DNA of 64,000 bases from Klebsiella pneumoniae (lineage in GTDB: Bacteria > Pseudomonadota > Gammaproteobacteria > Eutrophobiales > Eutrophobiaceae): contig CAMDWI010000003.1 in NCBI GenBank assembly GCA_945878555.1, positions 148,287 to 212,286 on the forward strand, written 5' to 3'. Positions 10,016 through 20,698 of the stretch are shown piece after piece (position 1 is the first letter of the stretch; every line of letters starts with the position of its first letter). Position numbers and translations under genes: made by a program. The notes beneath the pieces are model-generated. The model made no database searches, had not been told where the DNA came from, and saw only the letters and a list, made by a program, of their open reading frames with translations.

Positions 10016-10867
10016 TTACTCGAACTGCCCTGCAGAAATAGCCTCGCGCATGTTTTTCATGGCATTTTGCTCCAGCTGGCGGATGCGCTCAGCTGAAACC
10101 TTGAATTTATCAGCCAGTTCGTGCAGCGTGGATTTTTCCTGCTTCAGCCAGCGGCTACGAATGATTTCCCGGCTGCGTTCATCCAGTGATTCCAGGGCAA
10201 TGAGCAACCGGTCCTGATCGACGTTTTCGGTTTCGAGAGTTTCAATCTGTTGTTCAGGGCCTTCTCGCTGATCTTCGATATACAGCGCGGGTGATACCAT
10301 GTCATCATCTTCATCTGCAGGAGACCCGTCAAAAGAAGCATCATGTGCTGCCATACGTTTTTCCATCTCAATCACATCAGCAGGACTCACGCCCAGGTCT
10401 TGTGCCACAGACTCAACCTCTTCGCGGTTCAGCCATCCAAGTCGCTGTTTCGCTGATCGTAGATTAAAGAACAACTTGCGCTGTGCTTTTGTGGTGGCAA
10501 CCTTGACGATACGCCAGTTGCGGAGGATGTATTCATGCATCTCTGCACGAATCCAGTGTACGGCAAATGAAACCAGCCTTACACCGAACCCGGGGTCAAA
10601 ACGTTTTACCGCCTTCATCAGTCCGATATTACCTTCCTGTATCAGATCAGCCTGGGGCAGACCATAGCCGCTATAGCCCCTGGCTACCTTGACGACAAAT
10701 CTCAGGTGCGACAGTACCAGTTCCCTGGCGGCTTCCAGATCGCCGTCTGCCTGAAAGCGTTTGAATAATTCCAGCTCCCGATCCTGACTCAGCATCGGTA
10801 TCGCATGTACCGACTGTATATAGGATTCCAGCGATCCCAGTGGCAAGCTCAATTGTAGGTTCGTCAT
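10016..10867 (-). CDS. rpoH: RNA polymerase sigma-32 heat-shock factor
   Basis: The RpoH box QRKLFFNLR, sigma-70 regions 2 and 4, and a position downstream of ftsX. The start is set at the internal Met ([10 protein letters not shown]...) rather than the upstream ORF start at 10897. Confidence 0.9.
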   Translation of the reverse strand: MTNLQLSLPLGSLESYIQSVHAIPMLSQDRELELFKRFQADGDLEAARELVLSHLRFVVKVARGYSGYGLPQADLIQEGNIGLMKAVKRFDPGFGVRLVSFAVHWIRAEMHEYILRNWRIVKVATTKAQRKLFFNLRSAKQRLGWLNREEVESVAQDLGVSPADVIEMEKRMAAHDASFDGSPADEDDDMVSPALYIEDQREGPEQQIETLETENVDQDRLLIALESLDERSREIIRSRWLKQEKSTLHELADKFKVSAERIRQLEQNAMKNMREAISAGQFE

Positions 10868-10981
10868 ATATTTCACCCTGGTTATTTCAATTAACACCAG
10901 TTTAGCACTCTAATGGTAGGAGTGCCAAGTATGCGCGTGTGTGATGAGCAGTATGATAATTAGGCTTTTATAAACAATTGG

Positions 10982-11947
10982 TTACATGGGTTCAGTGTCG
11001 CGGATATGACGTCCCACGGCTACCCACGAACCAGCGAGACCGAGTACGCTACCTGTCAGTAGCAGTATCAGTAACTGGATGAAATCCAGACTGTGTAGCT
11101 GAAAGTCGCTGTTGTAGAGTAACGCCAGCTGGTTTACGGGATTTTTCATAATCAGCGTAGTAATAACTAACAGTAGCCAGGCTATGCAGCTGCCAGCAAA
11201 TCCATAAATCAACCCGCTATACAGAAAAGGTCTCTGTATATAGGCATTGGTTGCCCCGAATAATTTGTTTATGGCAATTTCAGTACGTTTGTTAATAATT
11301 GAAAGGCGAATCGTATTGCCGATAATCAACAAAACCGCAACAGACAATAAAGTCGAAAGAATTACGACAGCTCTCTTTAAAATATGCAGAATGACTACAA
11401 GTCGATTCACCCACTGTCTGTCATATTGCGCACTTTCAACTTCTGGCAACTTCCCAAGTTCCTCCAGCAAGGACTCCCCCGGGTCGGAGATTACTGAATT
11501 CATACGCGGCTGAATCAGCAACATAGACGGCAAGGGATTTTCCTCAAGGGAATCGAGCGCATCACCAAAACCGGAAAACTGTTTGTATTCCAGTAGCGCC
11601 TGATCACGGCTTATCAGTACAACCTCTTCTACAAGTTCATGGGCGGAAAGCTTTAGTTGCAGGCTCTCAGCTTTTGCATCATCCACATTGTGATGTAGAT
11701 AGAGTGCAATCTGGATCGTCCCGTCCCAGTTTTCCATGACCTTCTGCGCATTATCAAGCATCAGATAAAATCCGGCAGGTAGTGCAAGCGATATACCGAT
11801 AACAGCGATTGAGAAAAGATTGCCAGCAAGATTTCTCTTGATCTGGGCCAGGCTGGACTGGAATGCCAGCGTGTGTTGTCCCAACCAGACATTCAGTGAC
11901 CGTCTAAAACCATCGGGATTATTAACGCGAGTTCGCCGCTTGTTCAT
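10982..11947 (-). CDS. ftsX: Cell division permease FtsX
   Basis: 321 aa with 4 TM helices and a periplasmic loop. It overlaps ftsE by 4 nt. Confidence 0.9.
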   Translation of the reverse strand: MNKRRTRVNNPDGFRRSLNVWLGQHTLAFQSSLAQIKRNLAGNLFSIAVIGISLALPAGFYLMLDNAQKVMENWDGTIQIALYLHHNVDDAKAESLQLKLSAHELVEEVVLISRDQALLEYKQFSGFGDALDSLEENPLPSMLLIQPRMNSVISDPGESLLEELGKLPEVESAQYDRQWVNRLVVILHILKRAVVILSTLLSVAVLLIIGNTIRLSIINKRTEIAINKLFGATNAYIQRPFLYSGLIYGFAGSCIAWLLLVITTLIMKNPVNQLALLYNSDFQLHSLDFIQLLILLLTGSVLGLAGSWVAVGRHIRDTEPM

Positions 11948-12621
11948 TCTTCCACCAGGTCAGGTGCGGAGGTCAGCAACTTGCCAGATTTCAGGGTGAC
12001 TATCGGTTTTTTCAGTTTTCTGATCATCTCAAGATCATGGCTCGCAATCACGACGGTGACACCAATCTGGTTGAATTGTTCAAACAGTTTCATGCTTTCC
12101 CACGACAGTGCCGGATCGAGGTTGCCAGTGGGTTCATCAGCGAGAAGAACGGCGGGTCTGTGTACCACGGCACGGGCAATTCCAACCCGTTGCTGTTCGC
12201 CTCCCGACAGTGAGAGTGGATAGGATTTTTCCTGTGCCAGCAATCCTACCTTGTCGAGCGCTGCATGAACTCGCTTGCGAGTTTCCTGATGGGGATGACC
12301 CGCGACTACCATTGGCAGGGCGACATTATCGAATACAGTCCTGTCGTTTAACAGTCGATGGTCCTGAAACATAAAACCGATGTTTCTGCGAAAGAGTGCA
12401 ATTCTGTCGCCAGTTACGCGATCAAGATTCTGGCTGTTGACGATAATTTGACCGCGCGTATGTCTTTCTATCAAGCCGATTAACCTTAGCATAGTGGTCT
12501 TGCCAGCGCCGGAACGTCCGGTAATAAAAACCATGGCACCACGTTCAATAAACAGATTTACACGTCGCAGAGCGTCCCTGCCTGATGCATAACTCTTGTA
12601 AACATCAGTAAACTGGATCAC
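11944..12621 (-). CDS. ftsE: Cell division ATP-binding protein FtsE
   Basis: ABC ATPase with the Walker A motif GRSGAGKTT and the signature LSGGEQQR. Confidence 0.92.
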   Translation of the reverse strand: MIQFTDVYKSYASGRDALRRVNLFIERGAMVFITGRSGAGKTTMLRLIGLIERHTRGQIIVNSQNLDRVTGDRIALFRRNIGFMFQDHRLLNDRTVFDNVALPMVVAGHPHQETRKRVHAALDKVGLLAQEKSYPLSLSGGEQQRVGIARAVVHRPAVLLADEPTGNLDPALSWESMKLFEQFNQIGVTVVIASHDLEMIRKLKKPIVTLKSGKLLTSAPDLVEE

Positions 12622-13649
12622 GGCTCTGTCGACAACAATGCTTGCACGAAATTTTCAGCATTAAACGGACTAAGGTCTGTTATCTTCTCTCCGGTTCCGA
12701 GAAAGCGGATCGGTATACCCAGTTTACTGGCGATTGCGAAGACGATGCCACCTTTGGCTGTTCCGTCAAGTTTGGTCAGGACGATTCCGGTTATGCCGAT
12801 GGCATCATGAAACTGTTGTGCCTGGGCAAGCGCGTTCTGGCCGTTGCTGGCATCCAGAACCAGCAGGGTCTCAACTTCAGCGTCGGAATCAAACTTGTTG
12901 ATTGTCCGCCTTATTTTTTTCAGTTCCTCGATCAGGTTGTTCTTGTTCTGTAATCTTCCAGCAGTATCCGCGATCAGGATATCTGCATTTTGTTCACGCG
13001 CAGCCTGCAGGCTGTCATAAATGACAGCAGAAGAATCAGCGCCATGAGTATGGGCAATGACAGGAATGAGGATACGATCTCCCCAGGACTGTAACTGCTC
13101 AATCGCAGCAGCACGGAATGTATCACCTGCTGCCAGCACAACGCTGTAGTCCTGTTTGTAAAGATTTGCCAGTTTTCCTATTGTTGTCGTCTTTCCGGCG
13201 CCGTTGACCCCGACCACGAGCAGAGTAAATGGTCGTGGCCCGGCAGGAACCAGAGGAACGGCCTCAACCGGTTTCAGCAGATTAACCATCTGATCATGCA
13301 GTAAGGTAACCAGATCCTGTGTGTTATTAATCCGGTTGTTTTGCAGGGCCTGGTTCAGCGAACTTATGATAGAGGCGGTAGCTTCGATACCCACATCAGC
13401 CAGCAGCAGTCTGTTTTCTACCTCCTCCAGCAGCTCTGCCCGGGAGTGGTTTTTCAGGTTAAACAGCTCTCCCAGATCTGTAAACAGGATTGCCCGTGTC
13501 TTGTCGAGCCCGGACCGAAGTCGCTGCCACAATCCGGGTGTCGGCTCTGAACTTTTATTCTTTTTAAAAATCATCTGCCGATTATATAAAGAATCAATCC
13601 TGATTTCGTCATCTAATTCGTTATTCTGGCTACAGGCACCCCGGAACAA
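12618..13649 (-). CDS. ftsY: Signal recognition particle receptor FtsY
   Basis: SRP GTPase NG domain with [20 protein letters not shown] and TKLDG motifs. It sits upstream of ftsEX. Confidence 0.9.
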   Translation of the reverse strand: MFRGACSQNNELDDEIRIDSLYNRQMIFKKNKSSEPTPGLWQRLRSGLDKTRAILFTDLGELFNLKNHSRAELLEEVENRLLLADVGIEATASIISSLNQALQNNRINNTQDLVTLLHDQMVNLLKPVEAVPLVPAGPRPFTLLVVGVNGAGKTTTIGKLANLYKQDYSVVLAAGDTFRAAAIEQLQSWGDRILIPVIAHTHGADSSAVIYDSLQAAREQNADILIADTAGRLQNKNNLIEELKKIRRTINKFDSDAEVETLLVLDASNGQNALAQAQQFHDAIGITGIVLTKLDGTAKGGIVFAIASKLGIPIRFLGTGEKITDLSPFNAENFVQALLSTEP

Positions 13650-13768
13650 CGAAATGCCCGATGCAGCAAGGGCAACACGGATACAAACCCGGCTATTGCA
13701 GATGGCACCTGGGGTCGATCAGTAGGGTCAGAGGGTGCAAGGTCAGATATAATGTAGAAGACTGATGA

Positions 13769-13791
13769 CCGGTATCCGTGGCGGATACCGG
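13769..13791. promoter_or_regulatory. 10-bp perfect palindrome CCGGTATCCG-tgg-CGGATACCGG downstream of a TATAAT hexamer in the prlC leader
   Basis: Read directly from the sequence. A -10-like TATAAT lies at 13748-13753 and the prlC ATG at 13824. Confidence 0.35.
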
Positions 13792-13823
13792 GATCCAACT
13801 AGATAAATGCAGGTACTGGAAAA

Positions 13824-15896
13824 GTGGATATGACAACAAACAACCCCTTGCTTGAAAATACAGGACTGCCACAGTTTGGCAGGATACAGCCGGAACATAT
13901 TGTGCCCGCGATAGAATATCTGCTTGATTACAATCGCAAGACTCTGCAACAGATTCTGACAACGAACACCGACTTTACCTGGGACAACTTGATAGTTCCA
14001 CTGGAAGAAATGGAAGACCGCCTGAACAAATGCTGGTCACCGGTAAGACATTTGCATTCTGTTGCCGATGATGAGCAATTACGCAAGGCATACAATATCT
14101 GTCTGCCGCTGCTGACAGATTACTCAACTGATATGATGCAGAACCACGACCTGTATCTGGCCTATGAGCAAATAGCCGGGGGCGAGCAGTACAGCCGGCT
14201 TGATGCTGCCCAGCAAAAGGTGATAACGAACGCCCTGCGTGATTTTCATCTCTCGGGCGTGACTCTGGATCAGGATAAAAAAAGCGAATACAAACGTGTA
14301 CAACAGGAGTTATCTCAACTCGAGACCCGATTCGAGGAAAACCTGCTGGATGCTACCCATGCATGGACCCGGGTAGTGACAGATCCTGTAGAGCTTGCAG
14401 GACTGCCTGAATCTGCTCTGGCTCAGGCCGTGCAGGCGGCAGGTGAAAAGCAGCAGCAGGGATGGCTGTTTACCCTTGACTTTCCTTCCTATTATCCAGT
14501 GATGCAATACGCCGACGATGCGTCACTTCGGCAGCAGATGTATACCGCCTATGTGACCCGTGCCTCGAACCAGGGTCCGGGAACACACCAGTGGGACAAC
14601 AGCACAGTGATGGAAAAAATCCTGGCGTTACGGGCGAGCAAGGCCGCATTGCTGGGATTTGAAAGCTTTGCTGATTATTCACTTGCCCGCAAGATGGCAA
14701 ACAGCCCCACAGAAGTTTTGACATTCCTTCAGGATCTGGCTTCAAGATCGAGAGCAACAGCCCTGGCGGAATTTGAGGAATTGAGCGAGTTTGCCCGGAC
14801 CCGTTACGGCGTAAAAACGCTGAACGCCTGGGACATCGCCTACTATTCCGAGAAACTGCGCAAATTCCGGTTTGATATTTCACAGGAACAGATAAAACCG
14901 TATTTCCCGGTAGGTAGCGTGCTGGAAGGACTGTTCAATCTGGTTGAACGTCTGTATGGCCTGGTTATCACCAGAACAGTCGATATACCGGTGTGGCACC
15001 CTGATGTGTCGTTCTATCATATTCATGACCAGGCTGGTGTACACCGAGGCAGCTTCTATCTGGATCTTTATGCCCGCCAGCACAAAAGAGGTGGTGCATG
15101 GATGGACGAGTGTATCGTCCGTAAGCGGCAAAATAGCACATTGCAATTACCCGTTGCCTATCTGAACTGTAATTTTACCCCGCCGGTCAATGGTCAATCC
15201 GCATTATTGACACATGATGATGTGACTACCTTGTTCCATGAGTTTGGACATGGTCTGCATCATATGTTGACGCTGGTTGATTACACGCCTGTCGCCGGTA
15301 TCAATGGTGTGCCTTGGGATGCAGTTGAATTGCCAAGCCAGATCATGGAGAACTGGTGTTGGGAGCGTGAACTAATAAATGTGATGGGCAGACACCATCT
15401 CACTGGCGCGCCTCTTCCGGACGAGTTGTACGAGAGAATGTTGCAGGCCAAAAACTTCCAGAGTGGAATGCAGATGATGCGCCAGCTTGAACTGGCGCTG
15501 TTTGACTTCAGGTTGCACTGTGAGAAAGCTGTCGCCGGGAGTGCCGGGATACAGGCCATGCTCGATGAAGTAAGACGCGAAACGGCGGTGTTTATCCCGC
15601 CTGAATTTAATCGGTTCCAGCACAGTTTCTCCCATATCTTTGCCGGGGGATATGCAGCAGGCTACTATAGTTACAAATGGGCGGAAGTATTATCGGCAGA
15701 CGCATTTTCAAAGTTCGAGGAAGAAGGTATCTTTAACAGGATAACCGGAGAGGCGTTTCTCCATACATTCTTGGAGCGGGGTGGTTCCAGGGATCCGATG
15801 GAACTGTTTATTGAGTTCAGGGGTAGAAAACCCGCAATAGACGCATTACTGAGACACTCCGGAATATATTCCGGAAATGTGGGGCAGGCAGCATGA
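13824..15896 (+). CDS. prlC: Oligopeptidase A (M3 family zinc metallopeptidase)
   Basis: 690 aa with the HEFGHGLHH zinc-binding motif. Length and sequence are typical of PrlC. Confidence 0.9.
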   Translation: MDMTTNNPLLENTGLPQFGRIQPEHIVPAIEYLLDYNRKTLQQILTTNTDFTWDNLIVPLEEMEDRLNKCWSPVRHLHSVADDEQLRKAYNICLPLLTDYSTDMMQNHDLYLAYEQIAGGEQYSRLDAAQQKVITNALRDFHLSGVTLDQDKKSEYKRVQQELSQLETRFEENLLDATHAWTRVVTDPVELAGLPESALAQAVQAAGEKQQQGWLFTLDFPSYYPVMQYADDASLRQQMYTAYVTRASNQGPGTHQWDNSTVMEKILALRASKAALLGFESFADYSLARKMANSPTEVLTFLQDLASRSRATALAEFEELSEFARTRYGVKTLNAWDIAYYSEKLRKFRFDISQEQIKPYFPVGSVLEGLFNLVERLYGLVITRTVDIPVWHPDVSFYHIHDQAGVHRGSFYLDLYARQHKRGGAWMDECIVRKRQNSTLQLPVAYLNCNFTPPVNGQSALLTHDDVTTLFHEFGHGLHHMLTLVDYTPVAGINGVPWDAVELPSQIMENWCWERELINVMGRHHLTGAPLPDELYERMLQAKNFQSGMQMMRQLELALFDFRLHCEKAVAGSAGIQAMLDEVRRETAVFIPPEFNRFQHSFSHIFAGGYAAGYYSYKWAEVLSADAFSKFEEEGIFNRITGEAFLHTFLERGGSRDPMELFIEFRGRKPAIDALLRHSGIYSGNVGQAA

Positions 15897-16570
15897 TGAG
15901 ATGGCGCAGTACAATGGCAGGTATCGCTCTGGTCTTTATTGCGATTACTGTCTGCGCGGATACGGTATACGTTACAAACCGCTTGCAGCTGGGCCTGCAT
16001 GCAGACAAGACGGATACCAGCCCGATTATTGCATTGCTTGACAGCGGGACAGCACTTGAGTTGATAAAGTCCGAGGACAATTTGTCTTACGTTCACACCG
16101 CTGACGGGATGGATGGTTGGGTGGATAGCAGCTATCTGTTAAGGGATAACCCCGCCACAGCTGTTCCGTCTGGAGATGAGCCAGCACCCCAGGTCGAGGG
16201 GTCGGGCACGGACCAGACTACGCTGGAGCAGCAATTGAAGTCTGAGCGGGTGAAAACCGGGGAGCTGCAAGTCCAGATCGCCGAGTTGCGCAAGCGCCTT
16301 GGGCAGGATGGCAGTAACGATTCCCTCTATGAAAAGATTGATCAACTCGCGGTAGAGAAGAAACAGCTCGAAATCCAGTTGGCACAGCTACTGGAGGGCA
16401 GCAACCAGCTGACGCCGGTACCGAATGCTGACAGCATCGAGGTGGAGGGTCTCTATAATCCTAGAAATGCAATTATCGCGGTGGTGGTGTCGCTGATAGC
16501 GGGCGTTATAGCCGGCCTGTATCTTATGGATTTCCTGTATCGCCGCCGCCATGGCGGGTTCAGGGTCTAG
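15893..16570 (+). CDS. SH3 domain-containing protein (TIGR04211-like)
   Basis: A signal peptide, an SH3_3-like domain, a coiled-coil segment and a C-terminal TM anchor. It overlaps the prlC stop. Confidence 0.65.
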   Translation: MMRWRSTMAGIALVFIAITVCADTVYVTNRLQLGLHADKTDTSPIIALLDSGTALELIKSEDNLSYVHTADGMDGWVDSSYLLRDNPATAVPSGDEPAPQVEGSGTDQTTLEQQLKSERVKTGELQVQIAELRKRLGQDGSNDSLYEKIDQLAVEKKQLEIQLAQLLEGSNQLTPVPNADSIEVEGLYNPRNAIIAVVVSLIAGVIAGLYLMDFLYRRRHGGFRV

Positions 16571-16583
16571 CAGGAGCCGGAAA

Positions 16584-17354
16584 ATGTTTCGTATAGCCAC
16601 CTGGAATGTGAACTCCCTGCGGGTGCGTTTACCGCATGTGCTGGAGTGGCTGGCGACCCATAACCCGGATGTGCTTGCGCTACAGGAAACAAAACTGACA
16701 GATGACGTCTTTCCGGTAGAGCAGTTCAGCCAGTTGGGATATCAGGCAATTTTTTCAGGACAGAAGACCTATAACGGTGTTGCAATACTGGGCAAGGTTG
16801 CCATGCAATCACTCGCCACGACATTTCCCGGTTATGAAGACCCGCAAAGGCGTGTATTGTGCGTTTCCACAGGGCGAATTTGTGTATTGAATCTGTATGT
16901 GCCAAACGGCAGTGAGGTGGGATCAGACAAATACAGGTACAAATTGCAGTGGCTGGAGCAACTGCAAGCCTATACCCGAAACCTGCTCTCCCAGCATGAA
17001 CATTGCATCCTGCTTGGTGATTTCAATATTGCCCCGGCCGATCAGGATGTCTATGATCCGGTTGAATGGCAGGGGCAGATATTGTGCAGTGAGGCTGAAC
17101 GAAGTCATTTTTTCAGCTTGATTGAGGCTGGGCTGACCGATTGTTACCGGCTTTTCCCCCAGGCGGAACACAGTTTTTCCTGGTGGGATTACCGGGCCGC
17201 CGCGTTTCGGCGTAATCGCGGTCTGAGGATAGACCATATTCTGGCAGACAAGGCACTCGCAGCCAGTTGTAAAAGCTGTGTTATAGATAAAACCCCGAGA
17301 AAACGTGAACAGCCGTCGGATCATGCGCCGGTTATGGCCGATTTCGACATTTGA
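16584..17354 (+). CDS. xthA: Exodeoxyribonuclease III
   Basis: N-terminus MFRIATWNVNSLRVR is typical of the Xth/APE1 family, and QETK is present. The start is set at the internal Met. Confidence 0.9.
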   Translation: MFRIATWNVNSLRVRLPHVLEWLATHNPDVLALQETKLTDDVFPVEQFSQLGYQAIFSGQKTYNGVAILGKVAMQSLATTFPGYEDPQRRVLCVSTGRICVLNLYVPNGSEVGSDKYRYKLQWLEQLQAYTRNLLSQHEHCILLGDFNIAPADQDVYDPVEWQGQILCSEAERSHFFSLIEAGLTDCYRLFPQAEHSFSWWDYRAAAFRRNRGLRIDHILADKALAASCKSCVIDKTPRKREQPSDHAPVMADFDI

Positions 17355-17478
17355 CAGGCTTAAAAAGCAGATTTTCCCTGTAAAGTCCCATCTGACCGTT
17401 GCAACGCCACGCTGTTTACAATAAACTGCCCGACCCTGCAAGTCCGTATGAATCAATATATTAGAGAAAAGTAGACTT

Positions 17479-17688
17479 ATGAAAGCGGAAATACACCCGG
17501 CCTATAAAGAGATCACTGTTACCTGCAGTTGTGGTAACAGCTTTGCAACACGTTCAACGTTTGAAGAGGCAAGTCTGCACGTCGACGTCTGTTCACAGTG
17601 TCACCCATTCTATACCGGCAAGCAAAAACTGCTTGATTCCGCCGGACGTGTCGACAAGTTCCGTCGCAAGTACGGTATGCGCACCTGA
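17479..17688 (+). CDS. rpmE: 50S ribosomal protein L31
   Basis: 69 aa [20 protein letters not shown] with the zinc ribbon CxxC...CxxC. Confidence 0.95.
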   Translation: MKAEIHPAYKEITVTCSCGNSFATRSTFEEASLHVDVCSQCHPFYTGKQKLLDSAGRVDKFRRKYGMRT

Positions 17689-17715
17689 GTTGTACAAACG
17701 TTATTTTGTATACCT

Positions 17716-17740
17716 AAACGCCCTTACGGGCGTTTTGTGT
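17716..17740 (+). terminator. Rho-independent terminator after rpmE
   Basis: Stem AACGCCC, loop ttac, stem GGGCGTT, followed by a TTGTGTTT run. Confidence 0.6.
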
Positions 17741-17924
17741 TTCAGGGGTTGTATTTCTGCCTTGTACGACGTAAGCCATTGTTTTTTGAACACCCCGGAC
17801 AAAATTGAATATATTCCGGCGGTGACAAAAGTATTGATGATGCGGATATAATCAACGCCCATAGCTCTCTAAATATGAAAATTGACGGTGATAATTTAAT
17901 CCACGCGATCACAGGTACATCCAT

Positions 17925-19409
17925 ATGAAACTCAGGGTTCTGATTCTTGTTTTACTGACATCTATGATTTACGGGTGTGCAACCAATCCCGCCACCGGCG
18001 ATCAGGATCTGGTGTTGATGTCCGAACAGGACGAGATCCAGCTGGGCAAGCAACATCACCAGCAGGTACTCCAGGAATACAGTGTCTACAATGATCTTGA
18101 GCTGCAGAATTATGTGCAGTATGTCGGTAAGAAAGTGGCTGCCAAAAGTCACCGTAGTAATCTGGAATACCAGTTTACTGTACTCGACAGTCCCGAAGTG
18201 AATGCCTTTGCCCTGCCAGGTGGTTATATCTATATCACCCGAGGCCTGATGGCGTATCTGAACACCGAAGGCGAACTTGCCGCCGTGTTGGGGCATGAAA
18301 TTGGTCATGTGACCGCAAGGCATGCCGTACGTCAACATTCAGCAACACAACTGACAGGTATAGGCGCGACCATAGGTACCATCGTGGCTGAATCGTTTGT
18401 ACCGGGCATCAGTTCGGCAGGTGGCCAGGAACTGGTAGGTGTGTTGGGGACGGCGATGCTGCGTGGGTATGGCCGGGAGCATGAACTTGAGGCTGACCGG
18501 CTTGGTGCGGAATATCTTGCGCGTAGTGGCTATGATCCGGATGCCATGCTGGAGGTTATCGGAGTATTAAAAAACCAGGAATTGTTCGAAATAAAACTTG
18601 CCCGGGAAGAGAGCCGCCAACCGAGAATATATCACGGTGTATTCTCTACCCACCCTGACAGCGACACCCGCCTGAAGGAAGTTGTCTCCTATGCCTATGC
18701 TATCAAGGAGCAGTCGGCTGAATCTACCTTCGTTGGTCGAACCGAATACCTGCAGCGTATAGATGGTCTGGTATTTGGTGAGAATAACGACCAGGGTATG
18801 TTGAAAGGGCGTGATTTCTATCATGGAGATATGGGGTTTGCGATGCGGTTTCCCGCTGGCTGGGGTATCAAGAACCTGCCTGATCGGATAATTGCCATGC
18901 CGCAAAACGGAACGGCGATGCTGCAAGTCCTTGTGCAGGGCGCTGACCCCAAGCTGGATCCAGGGGCTTACATGCAACAGCGTATGGGGCTCGACAGAGT
19001 GACCAACGGTCAGGCCCTCACAGTGAACGGATTAAAGGGGTATACCGGGACGGCGGTTATCAATACCGATGCGGGTAAAAGATTGGCGCGACTGACAGTT
19101 ATATACCTGGAGAACGATGCCTATATCCTCGCCGGTTGGACCCAGGATCCGAACGGATTGGGAATATACAATAACGCGTTTGTTGAAACCAGCCGATCCT
19201 TCCGACCGCTTACCGATGCAGAACGTGACGTAGCTTCTCGTTCTAACCGGATAAAAATCCTGCGCGCAGATGAAACAACCACATTCAGCGCACTGAGCGC
19301 TACCTCAACGCTGGACAAGTTTCAGGAACAGCAATTACGGCTGATTAACGGTTTATATCCGACCGGAGACATCAAGAGCGGCGAACTGGTCAAGGACGTT
19401 CAAAACTAG
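17925..19409 (+). CDS. M48-family zinc metalloprotease lipoprotein (BepA/YfgC-like)
   Basis: Lipobox MIYGC, the HEIGH zinc motif (HExxH) and a large C-terminal domain. Confidence 0.85.
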   Translation: MKLRVLILVLLTSMIYGCATNPATGDQDLVLMSEQDEIQLGKQHHQQVLQEYSVYNDLELQNYVQYVGKKVAAKSHRSNLEYQFTVLDSPEVNAFALPGGYIYITRGLMAYLNTEGELAAVLGHEIGHVTARHAVRQHSATQLTGIGATIGTIVAESFVPGISSAGGQELVGVLGTAMLRGYGREHELEADRLGAEYLARSGYDPDAMLEVIGVLKNQELFEIKLAREESRQPRIYHGVFSTHPDSDTRLKEVVSYAYAIKEQSAESTFVGRTEYLQRIDGLVFGENNDQGMLKGRDFYHGDMGFAMRFPAGWGIKNLPDRIIAMPQNGTAMLQVLVQGADPKLDPGAYMQQRMGLDRVTNGQALTVNGLKGYTGTAVINTDAGKRLARLTVIYLENDAYILAGWTQDPNGLGIYNNAFVETSRSFRPLTDAERDVASRSNRIKILRADETTTFSALSATSTLDKFQEQQLRLINGLYPTGDIKSGELVKDVQN

Positions 19410-19554
19410 CCAGAAAAGGCTTTACAGTATCAGGTTTGGTGAGACGTTGTTCGGCCACCGAGAGCATTAACTAAATGACCTCACTTAGTGAGCAACCTTA
19501 ATGCAAATTATAACGTTCGAAGCTTAACTCCATGCTCTGAATAGGATTCATTTT

Positions 19555-19589
19555 TTATCCACAATTTTTGTGGATATCTCTGTGGATGA
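19555..19589. promoter_or_regulatory. Cluster of three DnaA-box-like 9-mers: TTATCCACA, then the reverse complements of ATATCCACA and TCATCCACA
   Basis: Exact consensus TTATCCACA at 19555-19563. Two inverted near-consensus boxes lie at 19569-19577 and 19581-19589. An AT-rich stretch follows at about 19620-19700. Confidence 0.45.
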
Positions 19590-19849
19590 AATGAGAACAC
19601 ATTGCTACGAACGGCATCGTTATTGGCTTTATGACAAAATTGTTAATTTTTAAACACATTGTATTTAGTCTTATATTTCATAATGTTACACGTGATTCTG
19701 CGGGTTTCGGGGCGGTGATATGGAATATTCCCGAGAAATTCCGGGGCTTGTTGCAGTGCTGTGAATAACAATGGGCATTAAGGGCAGGATCTGGCCACGA
19801 TCCGCAAGCCTGACGGAACAAAATATCGGGAATGTAGTCCTAATAATTA

Positions 19850-19966
19850 CCCAGGATATTCTGAGTTGCCTCACAGTTCAGGATGTTCATGCCCGGCACC
19901 CCAACCGGGTGGTTTATGGCCCCGGCAGGCTTTTCCTCATACTTTCCGCCGGGGCCTGGTTTTTTC
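19850..19966 (+). ncRNA. Candidate small RNA (Spot42/ErsA-like by position), convergent with engB. The 5' end is uncertain.
   Basis: A plus-strand intrinsic terminator (GGCCCCGGC, 21-nt loop, GCCGGGGCC, TGGTTTTTT at 19918-19965) stands 500 bp from the nearest upstream plus-strand gene. An upstream sigmaE-like motif, GGAACA-N17-TCCTAA, lies at 19815-19843. The converging neighbour is engB (yihA) on the opposite strand, which mirrors the spf/ErsA arrangement. Confidence 0.3.
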
Positions 19967-20558
19967 AGTCATATAACCACTGGTTGAGCGTTTTCAGCAA
20001 CACATCCATTCCTTCGCCACTCAGTGTTGAAAATAACTGTATAGATACAGTCTGACCATCAATGTCACGTTGCAGTCGATTCAGCGCCTGTTTCTTTTGA
20101 CCGAAAGGTAGCTTGTCAGCCTTGTTAACGAGCAGGTGTACATGAATACCCCGTGCCTTGCACCAGGCAAGCATATTGTGGTCTTCCTCACAGAGCTCCC
20201 TGCGTATATCCATAATCAATACCAGGCCAACCAGCGTATCACGAAGGTTAAAGTAGTCATTAATGACTATATCCCATTGTTTTCTTACAGAGGCGGGTAC
20301 ATTGGCGAACCCGTAGCCAGGCAGGTCTACAAGACGGATGTCCGGTACGACAGTGAAAAAGTTGATATGTTGGGTCCTGCCAGGGGTTTTACTGGTTCGG
20401 GCCAGGCCTGACTGGTTGGTAAGTGCATTGATAACGCTGGATTTGCCGACGTTCGATTTGCCGACGAAGGCCACTTCCCTGCCTGTGTCGGCTGGAAAAT
20501 GGCTGATATCCTGAGCACTTAGCAGGAATTTTGTCTGCCTGTAGGGATTCGTTTCCAT
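19965..20558 (-). CDS. engB: Ribosome biogenesis GTP-binding protein EngB/YsxC (YihA)
   Basis: G1 motif GKSNVGKSS, and the overall sequence is typical of the YihA family. Confidence 0.9.
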   Translation of the reverse strand: METNPYRQTKFLLSAQDISHFPADTGREVAFVGKSNVGKSSVINALTNQSGLARTSKTPGRTQHINFFTVVPDIRLVDLPGYGFANVPASVRKQWDIVINDYFNLRDTLVGLVLIMDIRRELCEEDHNMLAWCKARGIHVHLLVNKADKLPFGQKKQALNRLQRDIDGQTVSIQLFSTLSGEGMDVLLKTLNQWLYD

Positions 20559-20698
20559 GGGCTGGGTGGTATCCGGTGAAATTTATTGTGAAAATATACA
20601 CTGCCAGGCATGCAAATCATTTATCTTTTTAGGTAAGATGCACACTTGAGGTGACAATCTCGATTGATTTTAACCAATTTAACAAGGATATATTCTTA

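Noticed and set aside
19555-19700. Possibility that the DnaA-box cluster plus AT-rich tract is oriC
   Set aside because: There is no dnaA, dnaN, rpmH or gidA context, and only three boxes were found. Without skew data it is reported only as a DnaA-binding or regulatory candidate.
20651-20698. N-terminal 16-aa extension of cytochrome c4 in the ORF track
   Set aside because: The signal peptide begins at MVKMFAC, so the upstream Met is probably not the start.
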